In this document: positions 49,401-64,000 of the stretch, piece by piece
Layout: the number at the start of each line of letters is the position of its first letter
How positions within the stretch are numbered: position 1 is the first letter of the stretch
Assembly: GCA_965153455.1 (NCBI GenBank)
Contig: OZ234493.1
Location: 34,462,213 to 34,526,212 of the forward strand
Reading direction: 5' to 3'
Source: Sphagnum compactum
Lineage: Eukaryota
DNA length: 64,000 bases
The notes under the pieces: generated by a model
What the model was told of the DNA's origin: nothing
The model's database searches: none
What the model saw: the letters and a program-made list of their open reading frames with translations, nothing else
Position numbers and translations under genes: made by a program

Positions 49401-52180
49401 GTTAAAGTTAACATTTTCTTCCATGCAACCCCAATTTAGGCCACCTTAATTTAAACCTTTTTAATCACATATGTTAAATACTGATTTTAGAATATAAAAA
49501 TTTAGATCTTCAAATGGACTTTATGAAATGTTACCATTTTGAATTCTAGTGACAAAAATTTCAAGGAAATAATATGTGGGTGGTTTTTATAATCTTTCAT
49601 AGGCTTTTTATTTGTAAAATTCCAAAATTTGGAGTCTATGGTATGATCATCCTTGGACATTTCCAAAGACCATTCCATATTTAACTACCTCATTTCCAAA
49701 GTCTACCTTTTTTTCCCCTAATAACTGCCTCTTTTGCTATTTTTTTCCAAATAATTATTTCCCTTCTTTCTTAATAACTACTTCCATCTTTATAACTAAC
49801 TCACTCTTTTTCCCTACCCACCAACATGGATATGAAAAAAACTTATTAACATGTGTATTTTCATGTCCATGGAGTTTATATTAAATCAAATTAAAATTGA
49901 CATTGACATAACTAATTATGAATTAATGAAAACCATATGAAAATATAAAAAGAAAAAAAGTTGATCATCATTAGTAGTGTGTAGCAATGCAAAGCCCGAA
50001 TTCCATACATGGATTATGACATCGGGCATATGTCAATTTGTAAACTTCATATTAAATGAATATTGATGGTTTTGGTGCAATTGTTTCAAAGTTCCAAAGA
50101 TTATGAGTTGATTGTTTCAATACCTTGAGTAATTTTTTTATGTTTACCATGTTTTCATTTTGTTTCTATGCAATAATACTTATTAGACCTAAAGTAACTA
50201 ACATTGCTTTCCAAATCCCCTAATTATAGCTCACATGGGAAGAAAGACATAAAAATCCATTACACAGTTTGCTTCTATTCATAGGTCCAAACTTGCTTTA
50301 GAATTCTCAAGCTCACATAAAGGCCATCAAAATGTAATTTGTACACATTTTAAATTGAGGATAGAACAAAATGAAACTATGCAACAAATTGAAAGGTTGC
50401 TTAGTACATAGGAGAAATCACCAAAGTGAAAGTTATAACTAAATGTTAGTTCTTCTTTTGAGTTGGTAACATTGAGTTGAAAATCGTTGTCCATTTTTAA
50501 GTTATTGTCCTCCCATTATCTGTAGGAATTCAAGCCATAGTGAGTTAATTATGAATTGATGGAAATCCATGAGTTAGTTTTGGCTCACAATTGCACTAGT
50601 GACACACTCTTTGTTCACATGTGAAGGTGAGGTGATGGAGAAGCACTTGAAACATGTCCTTTCTACTTATCTAAAAAATCTCAAAATCGTACCTCCATTG
50701 CAAGGAGCTAAAAAAGGTGCCACAAGTTTGTAGAAATTCTATTATTTTTGAATTAACATTAATCACCAATACTAGATTAACTTATAAGCGTGTTAAAATA
50801 AACCTCAACACACAATATTTGACCATACAAATATATGATTAAGACTTATACATAGGACCAAAAAAACTAAAACCAAGTAATATCAACAATTAAAATATGA
50901 AATTGAAAACCTTTATATAAATGTGACAAGAAACTTTCATATATCAACCAAAAACTTGAACAATTTAGTGATAAAATATAAAATATAAAAACATTATTGA
51001 AATTTTCATATCAATTAATAAATCCAATACCTGTGTGACCAAAATGTGCAACTAAACAAAAAATGAAAAAAAATGAAATTGAAAGTTTCATACAAGCAAC
51101 ATAAACAAATACCAATCACCAATATGTTCATTGATTATTTTATTTTGGGAATAATAACTATAAAATCCTTCAAACAAATCATTAAAATATATAATTGAAA
51201 TTGAAATGTTTGATTAAAATCTAGTGTGGAATAAATAGAAAGATAAATTGTTTTCTTTTCCATTTTATTTTTTGCATTTGTGTAAATAATGCACAAAACA
51301 AAGGTTGACAAGTATAATTGACAATGTTGTAAATACATAGAACAACATGGGTCTAGCAAAAAATAGTTCTATTGATCCCAAAACTAACATTTCTCATATT
51401 CTCAAACAATCATGACAAATTTTTTGTTGATTTTCAATCAATCAAACAAACAAAAAAACAAAATTTTGTTGAAACAAAGAAATGAACCAAACAAATCATG
51501 TCTTGATCCATGCTTTCCAAATAAGAGTGATTTCACTTAAAAACTTCTCATTTTAAAAACTAAAGCCAAAAAATAAATTAAAAAATGGTTATATAGGAAT
51601 CCTTGTAGTTCAAGCCTTAGAAGGAAACCAACAACTTAAAGTTAGAAAAACAACTTTCTCATTTCTCATTCCTTTTGAATTCTTTGAAGCTAGGCACAAG
51701 TATGGTAATAGTTCATATAAGCCTAGGGATCAACTAAAAGTTATTGCCATATGCCACATGCCCTTGCAAATTTCAAATTTGCATCGATGCTTAGAACCTA
51801 GTTGTAACTTCATTTCCACCAACTATATATTTGAACCCTAATTGCACATTAGTTAAAATTAACCATGAATCAATGAATGACTAGATGAATGATTTGGTAG
51901 TATGTACATGCACTTTGCACATTGACATGTTACAAATTTGGCATTTTCATATAGTCCATGTCCTTGCCCCATGGGATTTGAAGTTGCAGGTTCCAAGTTA
52001 TTTGCATCTAGCTGAGCATAGAGTTAGACAATGTTGAATAAAACCTTCCACATGGCAAGTGGCATGTCAAATTGGTGTTTCATTTACAAATGTTGTAAAA
52101 ATTGCTTAATTTTTTAATGTGGAAATAATATTTATAAATGCATGTACTTTTGCCATAAAGTTGCAAACTAGTTGGATGGT

Positions 52181-52448
52181 CAGTGAAAATCCTTTAAGGT
52201 GTACCCTCCAAAACGAAAAGGACCTAGTTTCACTATAGTTTTTTTTTCCCCCTTTTTTTTTATCATCATCAAAACGAAGGAATCAAAAAGTGTCAAATAT
52301 TTTGTAAGTATCATATTTTAGACCATTACAATTTTAGAATCATAATCATCCATAAGTGTGTCTTTACATGATAAAAAAGGATTAGGTTAAAAATATAGAA
52401 AAATTTGATGTTGTGACAGGATTTTGGTACATTAAAAAATTTGAACCT
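52181..52448. mobile_element. Tourist-like MITE (family copy 3)
   Basis: Homologous to 12862-13134 and 42034-42302; termini slightly eroded. Confidence 0.78.
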
Positions 52449-55400
52449 TAGTAGTTGTTTAAGACATGTAGGTAGTGATAGTGTGGTCTTCATGGACATG
52501 ATTTTTCATAATGTGTTTTCATCAGATTGGGATTTCCCAGTGCAATGGAATTTTTTTTTTCTTGTTTTTTAAAATTTTTATGGGTTCACACATTATTGTT
52601 TAAAGTGATCATGTTGTTATTGGGGTGCAATAATTTAATAAAAACCCATATATTTAACAAAAAAGATTTGGGAAATGGGTGAAAAAAAATCAATCACCAC
52701 AATAAAATAATAATGTATGGTTATCATTCAAGGAGTTTGAGATATCATTTTTGAGACCCCTCATTGAGGTTTCATTTTTTGAAGTCCTGTCTTTGATTAA
52801 TGTTTGTGTTTTCCTACTTTTTTTTCATTATTTTATTTTTTAAATATTCAAACACTAAAATTATTAAAAATTTAAAAATTATAGTGATATCAATTTTATT
52901 TTTTATTTAAAATTATAAAGTCAATTATGAACACCCATTTTTATTAAATAACTGATACAAAAAATTGGTTGAAAAAAAATTTTGAATTTTTTTGATAAAT
53001 TGGTAGGATATCAAAATCTTTGAATTTGAAAAAAAGAAGCACCTTAGTTTTAATATGTGCATTAAAAACCCAAGACTAGGAGTTTTCAAGAAAAAATGGA
53101 AATTTCCCCAAATTCATAATTCTAGTTATTTCAAAACTCCTTACTTTAATTGACTTAATTAAAAGAAAGAAAAAATGATATATATATATTTTTAAATTGA
53201 AAAACTATGAATAAAGAGATATAATATTTTAAAATTTTTGTTTCCTTTCCATTGTAAATTTCTAAGGTGTATGCAAGACATGTGGTGATGTAATACTTTC
53301 AACCTAACTTGGATTACACATAATATTGTTCAGTCAATCAATCATCTTGAATTGAAACCATCCATATTGTCAATGTGTAAGTTTATGCAAGGTTTGAAAA
53401 TTTCTTAGTCAATGTCGATTCAATGCATATGCTTTAGTTTATTTTAAAATGGGATAGGATATCATACCAACTATGGGTATTTATGATTCTTCTATCCCTC
53501 TAACATGCAAATTATTTGTCCTACCATAATCAACAGTTGTTTCCTTGTTAATCTAAATGATCAAATGTGATTTTTAATTAACTCCTTTGTATAACACAAA
53601 CTCATGTTCTTATAATTCATTTTGTCACCTATGCAACTAAACAATCACCTTTTTCAATTCATTAATTATTAGTCATTTAGTAAGTTTTTAAACAAGTGAA
53701 ATTGATTTATTAATAATAATCAATGGACAATGTCTTGGCAACTTTTTTTCAAGAATTGACAACAAGTACTAAGACTTATTTCTTACAAAGATTAATATAA
53801 AAAAATTAAAAATCTACTTAGATTTTTAAAAAAAATTACAAACATGGAATTCAACTCATATATTGACAATGAAACAAAAAAGTTAGATTAAGTTGTTTTT
53901 CTATGACCAAAACTGGGTAGTTATATGTTCTATCAAATCCAAAAAATCACATTACAATTGAGAGAAGAGTTCACATTCAACATGTCATTGAATATCTACT
54001 CTCCTTTTACAACATAGGGTCTAATCATGGCTGGGGTACCACAACAAGAGCAAGAAATATTTTGTGTCTTGTGTCCTAAGTCCTAAGGCAAAATCAATGT
54101 TATGAGGTGCTAAACAACAAAAGGGTGCATATGTATGTTTATTAATCAACCAAAAAAAGGAGAATAGGTGATAAAAATTAATTGTGCAAATTTCCTATTC
54201 TTATTTCCTTTTTTATAAAATTACATAGTGGGACATGATTCTTTAGTCATGTTTCAAGATACTTAAAGACATGTTAAAATCATCTAAATCATAAATAGTC
54301 ATAACCATTTTAATCAAGAAATATGTGAGTATCTAAAGAACTATAAATAAATTAAAAATGAATAATTTGATACATACAATGATCATTCAAAATAATATCC
54401 TAACAAAGATTTTGGGGTTAGACAATTCTTTTGTGTACCCCAACCATGATTGCGTCCCACAACCATATAGTTTTAGCAATTTTTACAATTCGAGCTTTAA
54501 TCCTAAACTTCTAAGTCTTAAACCAGATGTTTGAATTATGAAATGTTCCAACAAGTGCATCAACATAACCTAGATTGCTTTTAAAGGTTGGTTTTAACCC
54601 CTATCAATTGTATTTGTTCAAGGCAACAAAACTTCAAACACATATGACCCATATACATGCAAGTCATCAATATCATAAATAGTTGCATCACATAACCATA
54701 CATGTCATCAAGATTATAGACAATCCTAATGCCAGTTGATGCCCATCCTCAGTTATCATACCTAAGAAACAGTCCCATCCCATACCATACGAGACATCAA
54801 GAATATGTACATGCAAGCAGCTTTAATTGAGTTTCATCCAATGTACCAAAAGAGAAGTTGGACTGTCCCCAACTTCTAGAATGTACTAAAAAGTATAGTT
54901 TTGCCTTAAACCAAAATTTATGACCTCAATTTCACTTTGCAATACGATCGATGTACTCACAAAGGGCACATGAGTGAGTGAGTACCAATGGTGTTGTCAT
55001 GCCAATGTTGTTGTCCATGACAACATCCTAGCATGCATAATATTCATGTGCACATTTCATAGCATACCTCCATCACCATGTATGTATGCATGAATGGGCA
55101 TAGGTTTTACAAATTGGGTCATAGGTTTGGTAGCCCAAATCTATCCCTAGATTTGTGAGGTAGTGTAACTAGATTTTGTGTGGCTATCCAGTCTCATTCC
55201 ATTCGGTCAGACAATTCACTTGTGTGTGTTAATATGATGAAAGTTTGTTTTTTCCCTCTCTCTCTCTCTCTCTCTCTCTTCTGGTTGCTTGTGCTCCAAT
55301 TTTGGGCTGCCCGCAATCCACATTTGTTGACTCCTAATAATTTGTACACCTTTTCCTCTGCACACTATTTAGCAATTCACCCCTCTATTTTTCATTGCTC

Positions 55401-56312
55401 AAAATAGTACATAGTGATGTAGTAATAATTGCCATTTCTCCTTTCACTTACCTTCAGTGTGTTTTCTCCGGGACAATTTTTTTTGCATTTTTCTGACCTG
55501 AAAAATTTATGATTTCAACACATGAAAAGCATTTATTGTGAAAAAAATGGCCCTGATTTTCCAGATTATTGATTTCTATAATTAAAAATGGCGAATTTTT
55601 TACAACGGGCTCCAGCAGGTAGCCAAAATATAAAATGATTCGATTAAAAAAAATTACTTCAATATTTGGTCTACAACCAAATTTGGCTACATCTTGTTGT
55701 TGATGATCACAAAAATTTGGCTACATCACAAAATTGGGAAAATAAAACCCTTGTAAGTTGCAAGATTTTAACATTGTATCAAGTTATTTCTACCACCAGT
55801 TACTTTGAACTTTAGGTATATTTTGTGCTTCATGCACATGACTTTTGGAGCTATAAGATACTTGAATTAAGGCTAATTAAGCATGCCGTTGCATTTGATG
55901 TGCATCACCTGGTCGAACAGCACCTCCTATTACGAGCAAGGCCAGAGTTAAGGGAGTGAATCATAAGTTTGCAACAACTTATTTGATGCTAAGGTTGGGC
56001 GGGAAGCTCATAACAAACGTGTATTTTTCTAGCATCTCTTATTGATCCACACTCAATTTCCAACTCAAGTTCCCTCTGCCTGCACCCTTTGCAAGAACAA
56101 GACTTGATGTGGTCAACCCTCTTGGTCTTATCATATATGCAGCAAGTAGCTCAACTAATTCCCATTTGGTTGGTGGGTGGGAGGGAGGGAGGGTTTGAGT
56201 TTGTGCTACATTGTGTATTGCCAATCCAAACACTACAAAACAATAGCAGGCTGCAAGACCCTCTGTCCGGTCCATTATTTTCTTAGTCCTTCTACTACTC
56301 CATGTCTTTTAC

Positions 56313-56753
56313 CAGAGTTGGCCGGTTATTGAGTTTCGACCCGGTTATCAGGCTGGTTATTAATCACATATCAGTCAGTGATTGATTTTGTCGATAATTG
56401 GTTGAATCGAGTATCCCTTGGTATTGAATTCTCAATAATCTAATAACCTACCTGGATGACTTGATTACCATCCAAGTAGGTTATCGATCTTTAAACATTA
56501 ATACAAAAAATTGAAAAAAAAAACAAAAAGGAATACTATTTTTTAGTTTTATTAAAAAAATTATTATAACCGGATAATACCTGGCAGGATAACCGATGAT
56601 TACGTATCAGTTATTTGATAACCTACCTTATGCATAATCAATGGTTATTACTCCAATTTTTTTATATTGATAACCTGTGTGATCTCCCCCAAAAATTCAA
56701 AAGAATCGACCCATCGGCTATTTTAAAAGAAAAGAAATAACCATCCAACACTG
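56313..56753. mobile_element. hAT-type MITE (CAGTGTTGG family)
   Basis: TIRs CAGAGTTGGCCGGTTATT / AATAACCATCCAACACTG; flanks GTCTTTTAC / GTCTTTTTAC; many GGTTAT/ATAACC subterminal motifs. Confidence 0.8.
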
Positions 56754-58142
56754 GTCTTTTTACATCCTTAAATAGTGCAAAAATAGGGCCAGGGTGAACT
56801 AGCGCCCACCAACTAAACCCTACCTTCTGACCTATGATACTTACAAACTTACACAGGTAGTTACTTACTTAGGTACTAGTGTGAGGTGGAAGTAGGAGGG
56901 TTAGTAATACCAAAGTGGAACCTTAGTTTATCAACTAAGGTTCCACTTTAGTAACTCAATTTGAACTTGTAAATATGCACAAGATATGTAGGTCTCCAAA
57001 AAGGGCCTGTAAAGAAGAAATGTGTTATTTTGATTGACCGATCATAATGGATTAGTTCATGTAATTGCATACAAATGATCTACACTCCCCACTCTTTTAC
57101 GATGTTCAAATTTTCATATTTGTTTGATGAGGATTGGGGAAATAATAACTTGCATACTATTGTGGACATAATAATAAACACTAAGAGGCCCACATAGTAG
57201 ATGTGGGTGGGTGGATCTGCTCATACTTATACTGTAGTAACAAACTTTCTATGGGGGGGAAAGAAACCATATGACTAGATCATGTGTGCCATGCTTCTCC
57301 TACTTGTGTGTGTGTGTTTTTTCCTCTTTAAGGAGTGGATGGTCCACAGCTGTTCTGATAAAGGAGAGGAAGAGCTTGAAGAGCTTCCATGGCATTCAAT
57401 AACTATTATGTAAACAAGAAGAATTGGGAATCCCCCACTTTCCAATAAAATAGCATCCTAAAGTGCAAAATGTTTATTAAAAAACAAAAGCTTGTGTTTT
57501 GTTGAATCCAAAATCCTTGTAAGTTGTGCTTCTCTTCTGGTGATTGGAGGTCAAACCCTAAATCCTGGAAATATAAGAAGGACTTGTGTAGAGGATTTGA
57601 CCACTAACCAATCACAGCAAACTTGTTTTGGCTATAGAATTTGAATTTTGCTGAGTCATGTGAGAAAGGGTTAGAAGTTGCTGGCTTTTCAAACTGGTGC
57701 TAGGCTATAAGTGAGTAGGCATAACTAAGCAACAACAAAAACTAGCCCTGCCAAAGGACTTTTGCCCCCCATGTTTCATGGCTTGCCTTTTGATGTTTAA
57801 AAAAAAATTCACAACACTTTTTTCCCTCTCCTCGATATGCTCTTCTACCCATTTCCTAATGTTTCCTAAATGCAACCCAAGACAAGAGAAGTATCATGTG
57901 AGCTATCCCAGAGCACTTCATTTCATCCACTATCTTGATGCTATAGACAAATCACCTTCCTTTTTCTTAAAGTGCATAACTATTATATTATTTGCTCATC
58001 AAAGTTCCCATTGGATATGCACCTGCTTTTTGACACTTTCAAAAAGTTCCTTGGCATGTTGTTTCCTTCCTTCTAGTAAATCCCAGAGTTTCTCCCTCCT
58101 TTGGACTTCCCACCCTAGTTGACTTCAAGTCTACCCTGGCCC

Positions 58143-58388
58143 TAAGGTCAGTTCCGTCATCAAATAATCCTCAAAATAGCGAAATGAAATTTTGTGAAAA
58201 TACGAAGTTGATATGTTGAAAATCATCATAATTTATCATAAACTACACTCTGAATTACTTTCGCTACTCATATCACAATATTATTATAGTATATAATGGA
58301 AAAACTAATAATTTCAAAATTGGAAGAAAAAAAATTCATTTTTTGAAAAAAATAATTATTCATTTTGTCAATGTGGAAGCTGACCCTA
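58143..58388. mobile_element. MITE with TA(A/G)GGTCAG TIRs; partial copies at 33815-33977 and ~29650-29800
   Basis: TAAGGTCAGTTCC / GGAAGCTGACCCTA termini; interior ATGTTGAAAATCATCATAAT...TTGTCAATGTGGAA shared with 33815-33977. Confidence 0.7.
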
Positions 58389-61300
58389 GGCTACTATTCA
58401 ACTTATGGTTCTATATAAAGTAGGGTTTGGATCAGACTTTAGGTAAGGTATGCAAATTGAAGAACCATACTTTGTTGGCCAGGGCACTCCATAGATGATG
58501 CATCATGCAAATGAGTTCAATGTGGTGTTGAAGTTGTTGAAAGGGGCTGCCCAAGAGGAAAAAGCCTTGCTCGACTTTGAAAAATCAAGTGATTTTAGAG
58601 TTTTCCAATTTGCCAGAAGTGAGAAAACAAAAAAGGTAGTGAAAAATCAGCAGATTTCTATACTTGGCTTTTTTTATAAACTTGTAGCCAAAATATAGAA
58701 CGAAGATAAAGGATTTGTATTTCATATTTGGTTTATAGCCAGATTTGGGCTAAATCTTACCAGAGATGATCACCACTTTTCTACATCTTCCTATGGATGA
58801 TAGCTACTTTGGCTATAAACAAAATAATTCTTAAAAAGAACACTGATACACAGTGATGTTATGATAGAGTTATGCGTGAAATTTAAATACCTTTAAATGA
58901 GGAGGACATAGGTATTATGTTTATTATCATTGGTTTAGTAGTGATCCTGGGAAGCATTGAGGTCTAAATCTCATGGAGACAGACAACAAACTTTACCACT
59001 TGTATCAATTAGCTTTCTAGGATGTCAACTTGTGTAAAATGCCTTGAACTGATTCAAAATTGGGACCTAAAGTTTCGTCCGAATGCTAGCTATTCATTGT
59101 CCCCAAACATATATAGTTTCTAGCAGGGTCCCTACAAGGGATGTCTCTGGGGCTGCTATGCTACCAAGGAACGTCCTTAGGTCCTCCAGCTCTCAGGGAT
59201 GTTTTTTGAACATATAATTATTGCGACAATTCATCACAACAGCTAGTGAAGAACATTCCTCAAAGTGTGGGACCAAATGGGGCAGCTATGATGAGAGTCT
59301 CTAGAAAGCAAGCAGAGTGCTTGGTTGTTGGAGATTGGTTATTCTTCTTGCTAATCCACCTTTGCTTCTTAGGTTTTGGGTGTTTCCAGCTAAAGGTTTT
59401 TGCTATTGGTGGTGCCATCGATCGCTTATCGGTTGATAGGAGATCCTCTTGCTGGGAGTGCTGCAGGTCTTACTAGGGTTTATCTCTTTTCCACTTTTGA
59501 GGAAGGGCTTGGCAATTTGGGGGTTTTAGGAAGGTTTTTCAATTGGATGAAGAAAATCAAATGAGATGATGCCACGTGGTGCTCTGAAAATTCAGATTGC
59601 ATCTTGAGCCCTCAGGCCTACCTCCACTAAAGATAGTAGGTGTGTTAGGAACAGCTTCTCCCTAACTCTTGAGTTTTGTGAATATGGGGTTCAAGTTTGG
59701 CTTATTATTGTTGAGAGGGTGAAAGTTTCTCATATCATTTCTTTGGTTGGTGGACCTCTGATGGTCTCAAATCATGGCACATTTGTCATATAAACACGCT
59801 CTTAAATTTGGGGCTAGGATACCACCTACCCCGCTTTCTCTATTGACAACTCCTAAAAGTTGCTAGCAAAATGAAAATGACATTATGCAAAAGCCTCAAA
59901 ATATATTGGAGACACTCGTTGCAAGACTAGCTAAGCTTGGTAAGTCCACCCCTTTAGACCTCAACTACGTGACACATTACATGAAGGATGCTATAAAAGT
60001 CACAACAGTTTGATTTTCAAGAAGCATGCCTCAATTCCTATTGCAACTCTAGATATGGAAGTGATCAAGAAAGGGGTTGCATTCATATAGAACATATTAT
60101 CATTGCTAGTTTTCTAGCTAGCAAGTCACTTGAGCTTCACATCATAAAGTGGATAAACATCATTAATCAATAGGTTCTGAGAGGTGGGGTGAACTTTTGA
60201 AGGGATGTTGGAAGAGGATTTTACTATCTCTCTTCACCAAGTGTAAAAACCATTGAAATAGTACTCATGTTAACTTCGTTTAGGACACAATGGTGCACTG
60301 CAATATTGCATTTGTGCACATTTACATTTGACCCATATGCCATGGAGAGGTTGAAAATATTAGTATGTATCACATTGCATATGATGCCTCTGGAGTTTAG
60401 ACAAATTGAAATGGCTTGGATGTTGCAAGACAAATAAGTACATTGTTAGATTTTGATAACACAAATAAGGGAAGGAAAGAACCTTGCTTTTGCATTGCAA
60501 TGGACCCAGAAATGGGTTCGCCTACAAAGGTTCACATCCTTGGTGTGGGAAGAGCTATTGACTATGAATAATTCCCTACAAAACATCAAGCATTCTGCAT
60601 GGCAAATACAAATGAAAAATGGCTTATGGTGGTTCGTGGATAGACATAAATGCACAAACATCCATACAAAATAAAAGTTATGCAAAACAAGAAAACTACA
60701 CCAAGTAACTAAACTCACCACAATGGAATGAGGTGCATGTAAAATCATGAAGGACAAGGGTTTATAATTCAACCTTTAGTATAAATGCCTCTATATGTAA
60801 AAATGATAAAAGAAAATAATTTAAAGAAGGTAAAGGATATGGAATTAATTGAACAAAACCCAAAACCTTAGCAAATTTTTTAAATAGTTTTGCAAGCCAA
60901 TGCTTAAACAAAACCTATAAAAAAGGGCCCAAAGGAAAGTCAGTGCCACTAAAACAAATGTGGTTAAGACTAGAATTGATTTGAAATGAAAGGGTTTGCG
61001 GGAGTGATAATATTAGATTCCCAACCCATCCCTATTGAAATAAACCTTGTTCAACTTGCATATAAATTCCCCAACAACCAACTATGTGAAAAGTTGAAGA
61101 AACCCATAGATGTGCACATAGAGGCACTCAACAAATTAGATTTGTATGCCCCCAACCCAACAACAAAGCATATCATGATTAAGGTACCCAAAAGGATTGT
61201 TTAATGAAAAAAGGATTGCAAAAGACTATTTTGGATTTTTATAATATTTATTTCCTTATAATTATAGTGGATTTTTGTGTGCATATAACTGGAATGAGGT

Positions 61301-62449
61301 CATGTTAAATTAATAAGAAATCTAAGAATATATTTAATATAATATAAATGTCCTTTCAAGTATGTTTAAATAATTTGACCTTGTTTTAACTGCAATTTTT
61401 ATCTTAAAAGAAGAAAAAAGGAATGTATTAAGTAGTACAATTGATTTCAAATTTTTTTCATGGATAAACAATGTTTACATCTATGTTTAGCAATGTTCAT
61501 TAACTGCATTTGATTAAATCATACATAGTACGAAAATTTTGAAGGTTACATACTTCATTTCAAAAAGGCTACAAGAAAAAGGACTATTTTTTTGGTCATT
61601 TGGTTGATTTTTTCACTAAACTTAGAATTTGTGGCCCCAAGTGCAAGTCACATGTGCAAGAAATAATCATGCAAGAAAATGTGTCACATCATCTATAGAA
61701 ACTTATGTATTCATTTTCTACATTTCTCGTTTTTAACCAAAATATTGATGTATAATTACATATGCATGTGAAAAATCACCATTATCATACAAATTATCAC
61801 AATTTGACTTATCTAGATTTTCATACTTGAATTTATTCCATGTAAATTTTATATTTGGTAGATAACAAAAACAAAATCCTTGATATTTGTGTCCCAAAAA
61901 TGGTACCCTGATTGTGAATATGCCCAACAAACATTTCATATATCCAACTAATGTTGTTAATATTCTTTCCAACATTCCCAACAGACCAAACCATTAGATA
62001 ATCCATTTTCAAATTCTCAAAAATATTAGATGGCCTAGTGATGAAGAGGGAATAGAGGAATTCCATGAAATTTTACAACAAACCTCACCATTAGAAAGGA
62101 GGTTTTTGAAGAGGTGACACTTCCACCTATTGACACAACTATTAACAAGAATAATACACTTAGGGATTTAGGGTTGGGGAAAGGAACCTAAGAAATTACT
62201 TGGAAAATGGAAAGGGGGGGGTATTAGTGAGGAGGACACTATTGCTGTTTCTTTTGTTGAGAAGGAGAATAGCCTTTACAAGTATAAAGTTAATGCAAGA
62301 GGGTAGAAAGGTGATACAACTTCCAAAGGTGAACCCAAAATGCAACAATCATTATATGATTTGTGGGGTTTTAAGAAGGGCACTAAGGACAAACAATGAG
62401 AAAGGCCCTTGGAACAAGCTCTTCAACCTTCAAATGTTATGTCATAAAA

Positions 62450-63540
62450 TTTTACATTGCAAATTACAATATTCAAGGCCTAAACTTGGAAAAGAGGTAC
62501 GCTACATGAGTTGAAAATGTACATCCAAGGGTTAACACCCAAATGGATGTGGTATTACTACATGAACACAAACTTAAACATAAAAAAGTAAGGTAGCTTA
62601 AGCAAATATATGTGGAAAGATGCTAAGACTTGAACAACTAAAACATATTTGGCTTACAAAATTTTTTGTCATGATCATGTGCAAAATGTAGAAGTATAAA
62701 CATCCTATTAACTTGTGAATGGGTACATTTTGTGGTGCAATACATTGACAACAAAGCCCAATGGTTGATCTTGGACAAGTTACCAAGGGGGAAGGTTGAA
62801 ATTGATAACATTTACACCTCCAATGAAGTTATAGATAAATGCAAGTTGTGAGAATGTCTGAATGATTGTTTACTTAAGGACTATAATGGATCATCATGGG
62901 GGGTGATATAATATGGTGGAAGACTTGATAGCCAAGTCCATTACATGCAAAAAGACAAGTGGGAGTGAAAAACTAGCTTGGGAAACCTTTAAAATTGGTC
63001 TACAAATCAAAGAGCTAGGGAGGTCCAATGGATCATTCAAGTTCTCATGGGAAAAATTTGCAAAATGGACCAAACTATTGTTTAATTAAATTCAACATAT
63101 GTTATTCGACTACTATTCATAACATGGAGGGCACGAGCAAACCTTACAAGTACATCATAGAAGGTGATGATGTCTATTTTAACCACCACTTGTGCTTTAA
63201 AAATAAAACTTGGTAATTAATTGCAAATGAATATTCATTGGAAGGTCAATACACAATATTTTGACCAAGTAGAAGAATAGATCAAAACCATTTGGTAGCA
63301 AGAGTATAAAAATAATTGTATTTTGTGAAAATGCATAAAGTGACAATGTTCTATAGATCTTTTTGGAAGGAGGGAGCAATTAAATTTATAAGATCAAAAG
63401 AGATCACCATATGTAAATTAAAAGAAGTTCAATTCAAGTTGCAAAATAAAATAGATGATATGCATTCTATAATAAGCATAAAGGAATTATTGAAAATGTT
63501 GGAGGATGTGACAATGGAGGGAATGATAATAGTAGTATAA
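62450..63540 (+). mobile_element. Degenerate L1-clade LINE, AP-endonuclease region of ORF2
   Basis: APE motifs in order across broken frames: NYNIQGLN (~62462), DVVLLHEHKL (~62546), NIYTSN (~62807), WIIMG(G/D)..YNMVE (~62887-62920), EKLAWETFK..FKFSW, and YFNHH (an SDH equivalent, ~63175). Confidence 0.68.
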
Positions 63541-64000
63541 AAAGTGGGTTTATTTCACCAACCCAATTCCCTAAGGGGCTTTAAAAGTGAACCAAATTGT
63601 GATACCTTTGTTTCATTTCACCTCAAATGAAACTTAAATCATTATATAGTCATTTGTATTCAAAGCATTTCATTAAGGTTATTTTTTTGTATTATTAAAA
63701 CTATTATTTCATTCTTGGATAACAATTATAATTATTAATTTATTACATTTTAATGTATAAAATTATTTATGACTTATTACAACCTTTTAGTGTATCAATT
63801 AGTTAAGATATGAAATATTACATGATTGTTTAAACCAAATTCAATTTAATTAATTAAGAGGTTTTTACATACAATTTGGAAAAAATGTTGTGTTTTACTT
63901 TGGGCCTCCATTCGATTAATGTTAGTTTTTTGAAATAAAAAATGAAAATTCAATTTTCATAATGTAAAATCAAATGATTAACTTTTATATACGAATTAAT

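Noticed and set aside
55860-59600. Possible miRNA or lncRNA locus in non-repetitive-looking intergenic DNA
   Set aside because: No recognised mature miRNA sequence or convincing hairpin found by eye.
59850-61200. Suspected decayed DNA-transposon ORF
   Set aside because: Only short broken ORFs; family not assignable by eye.

Overview
AT-rich, gene-poor eukaryotic DNA from a land plant. The repeat families resemble peat moss (Sphagnum) or another bryophyte; that assignment is inference, not a database result. The one well-supported protein-coding gene is an intron-containing SHI/STY/LRP1 (SRS) family transcription factor on the minus strand (~20.4-24.3 kb), with a RING-like zinc finger and an IGGH domain. 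Its 5' end is odd: the zinc-finger frame has no AUG of its own. The rest is layered transposon debris. There are two old, degenerate Ty1/copia elements with both LTRs (9146-16073 with a standard tRNA-Met PBS; 40265-47203 with a half-tRNA-Met PBS), each carrying nested DNA-transposon insertions. Also present are a CRE-like and an L1-like LINE relic, hAT-, MULE-, Tourist- and CACTA-type non-autonomous elements, three copies of a Helitron2/Helentron-like element, a small plastid 23S rRNA insertion bracketed by a perfect 28-bp inverted duplication, and several tandem repeats. No CRISPR array, tRNA gene or intact autonomous transposon was seen. All alignments and coordinates were done by eye.
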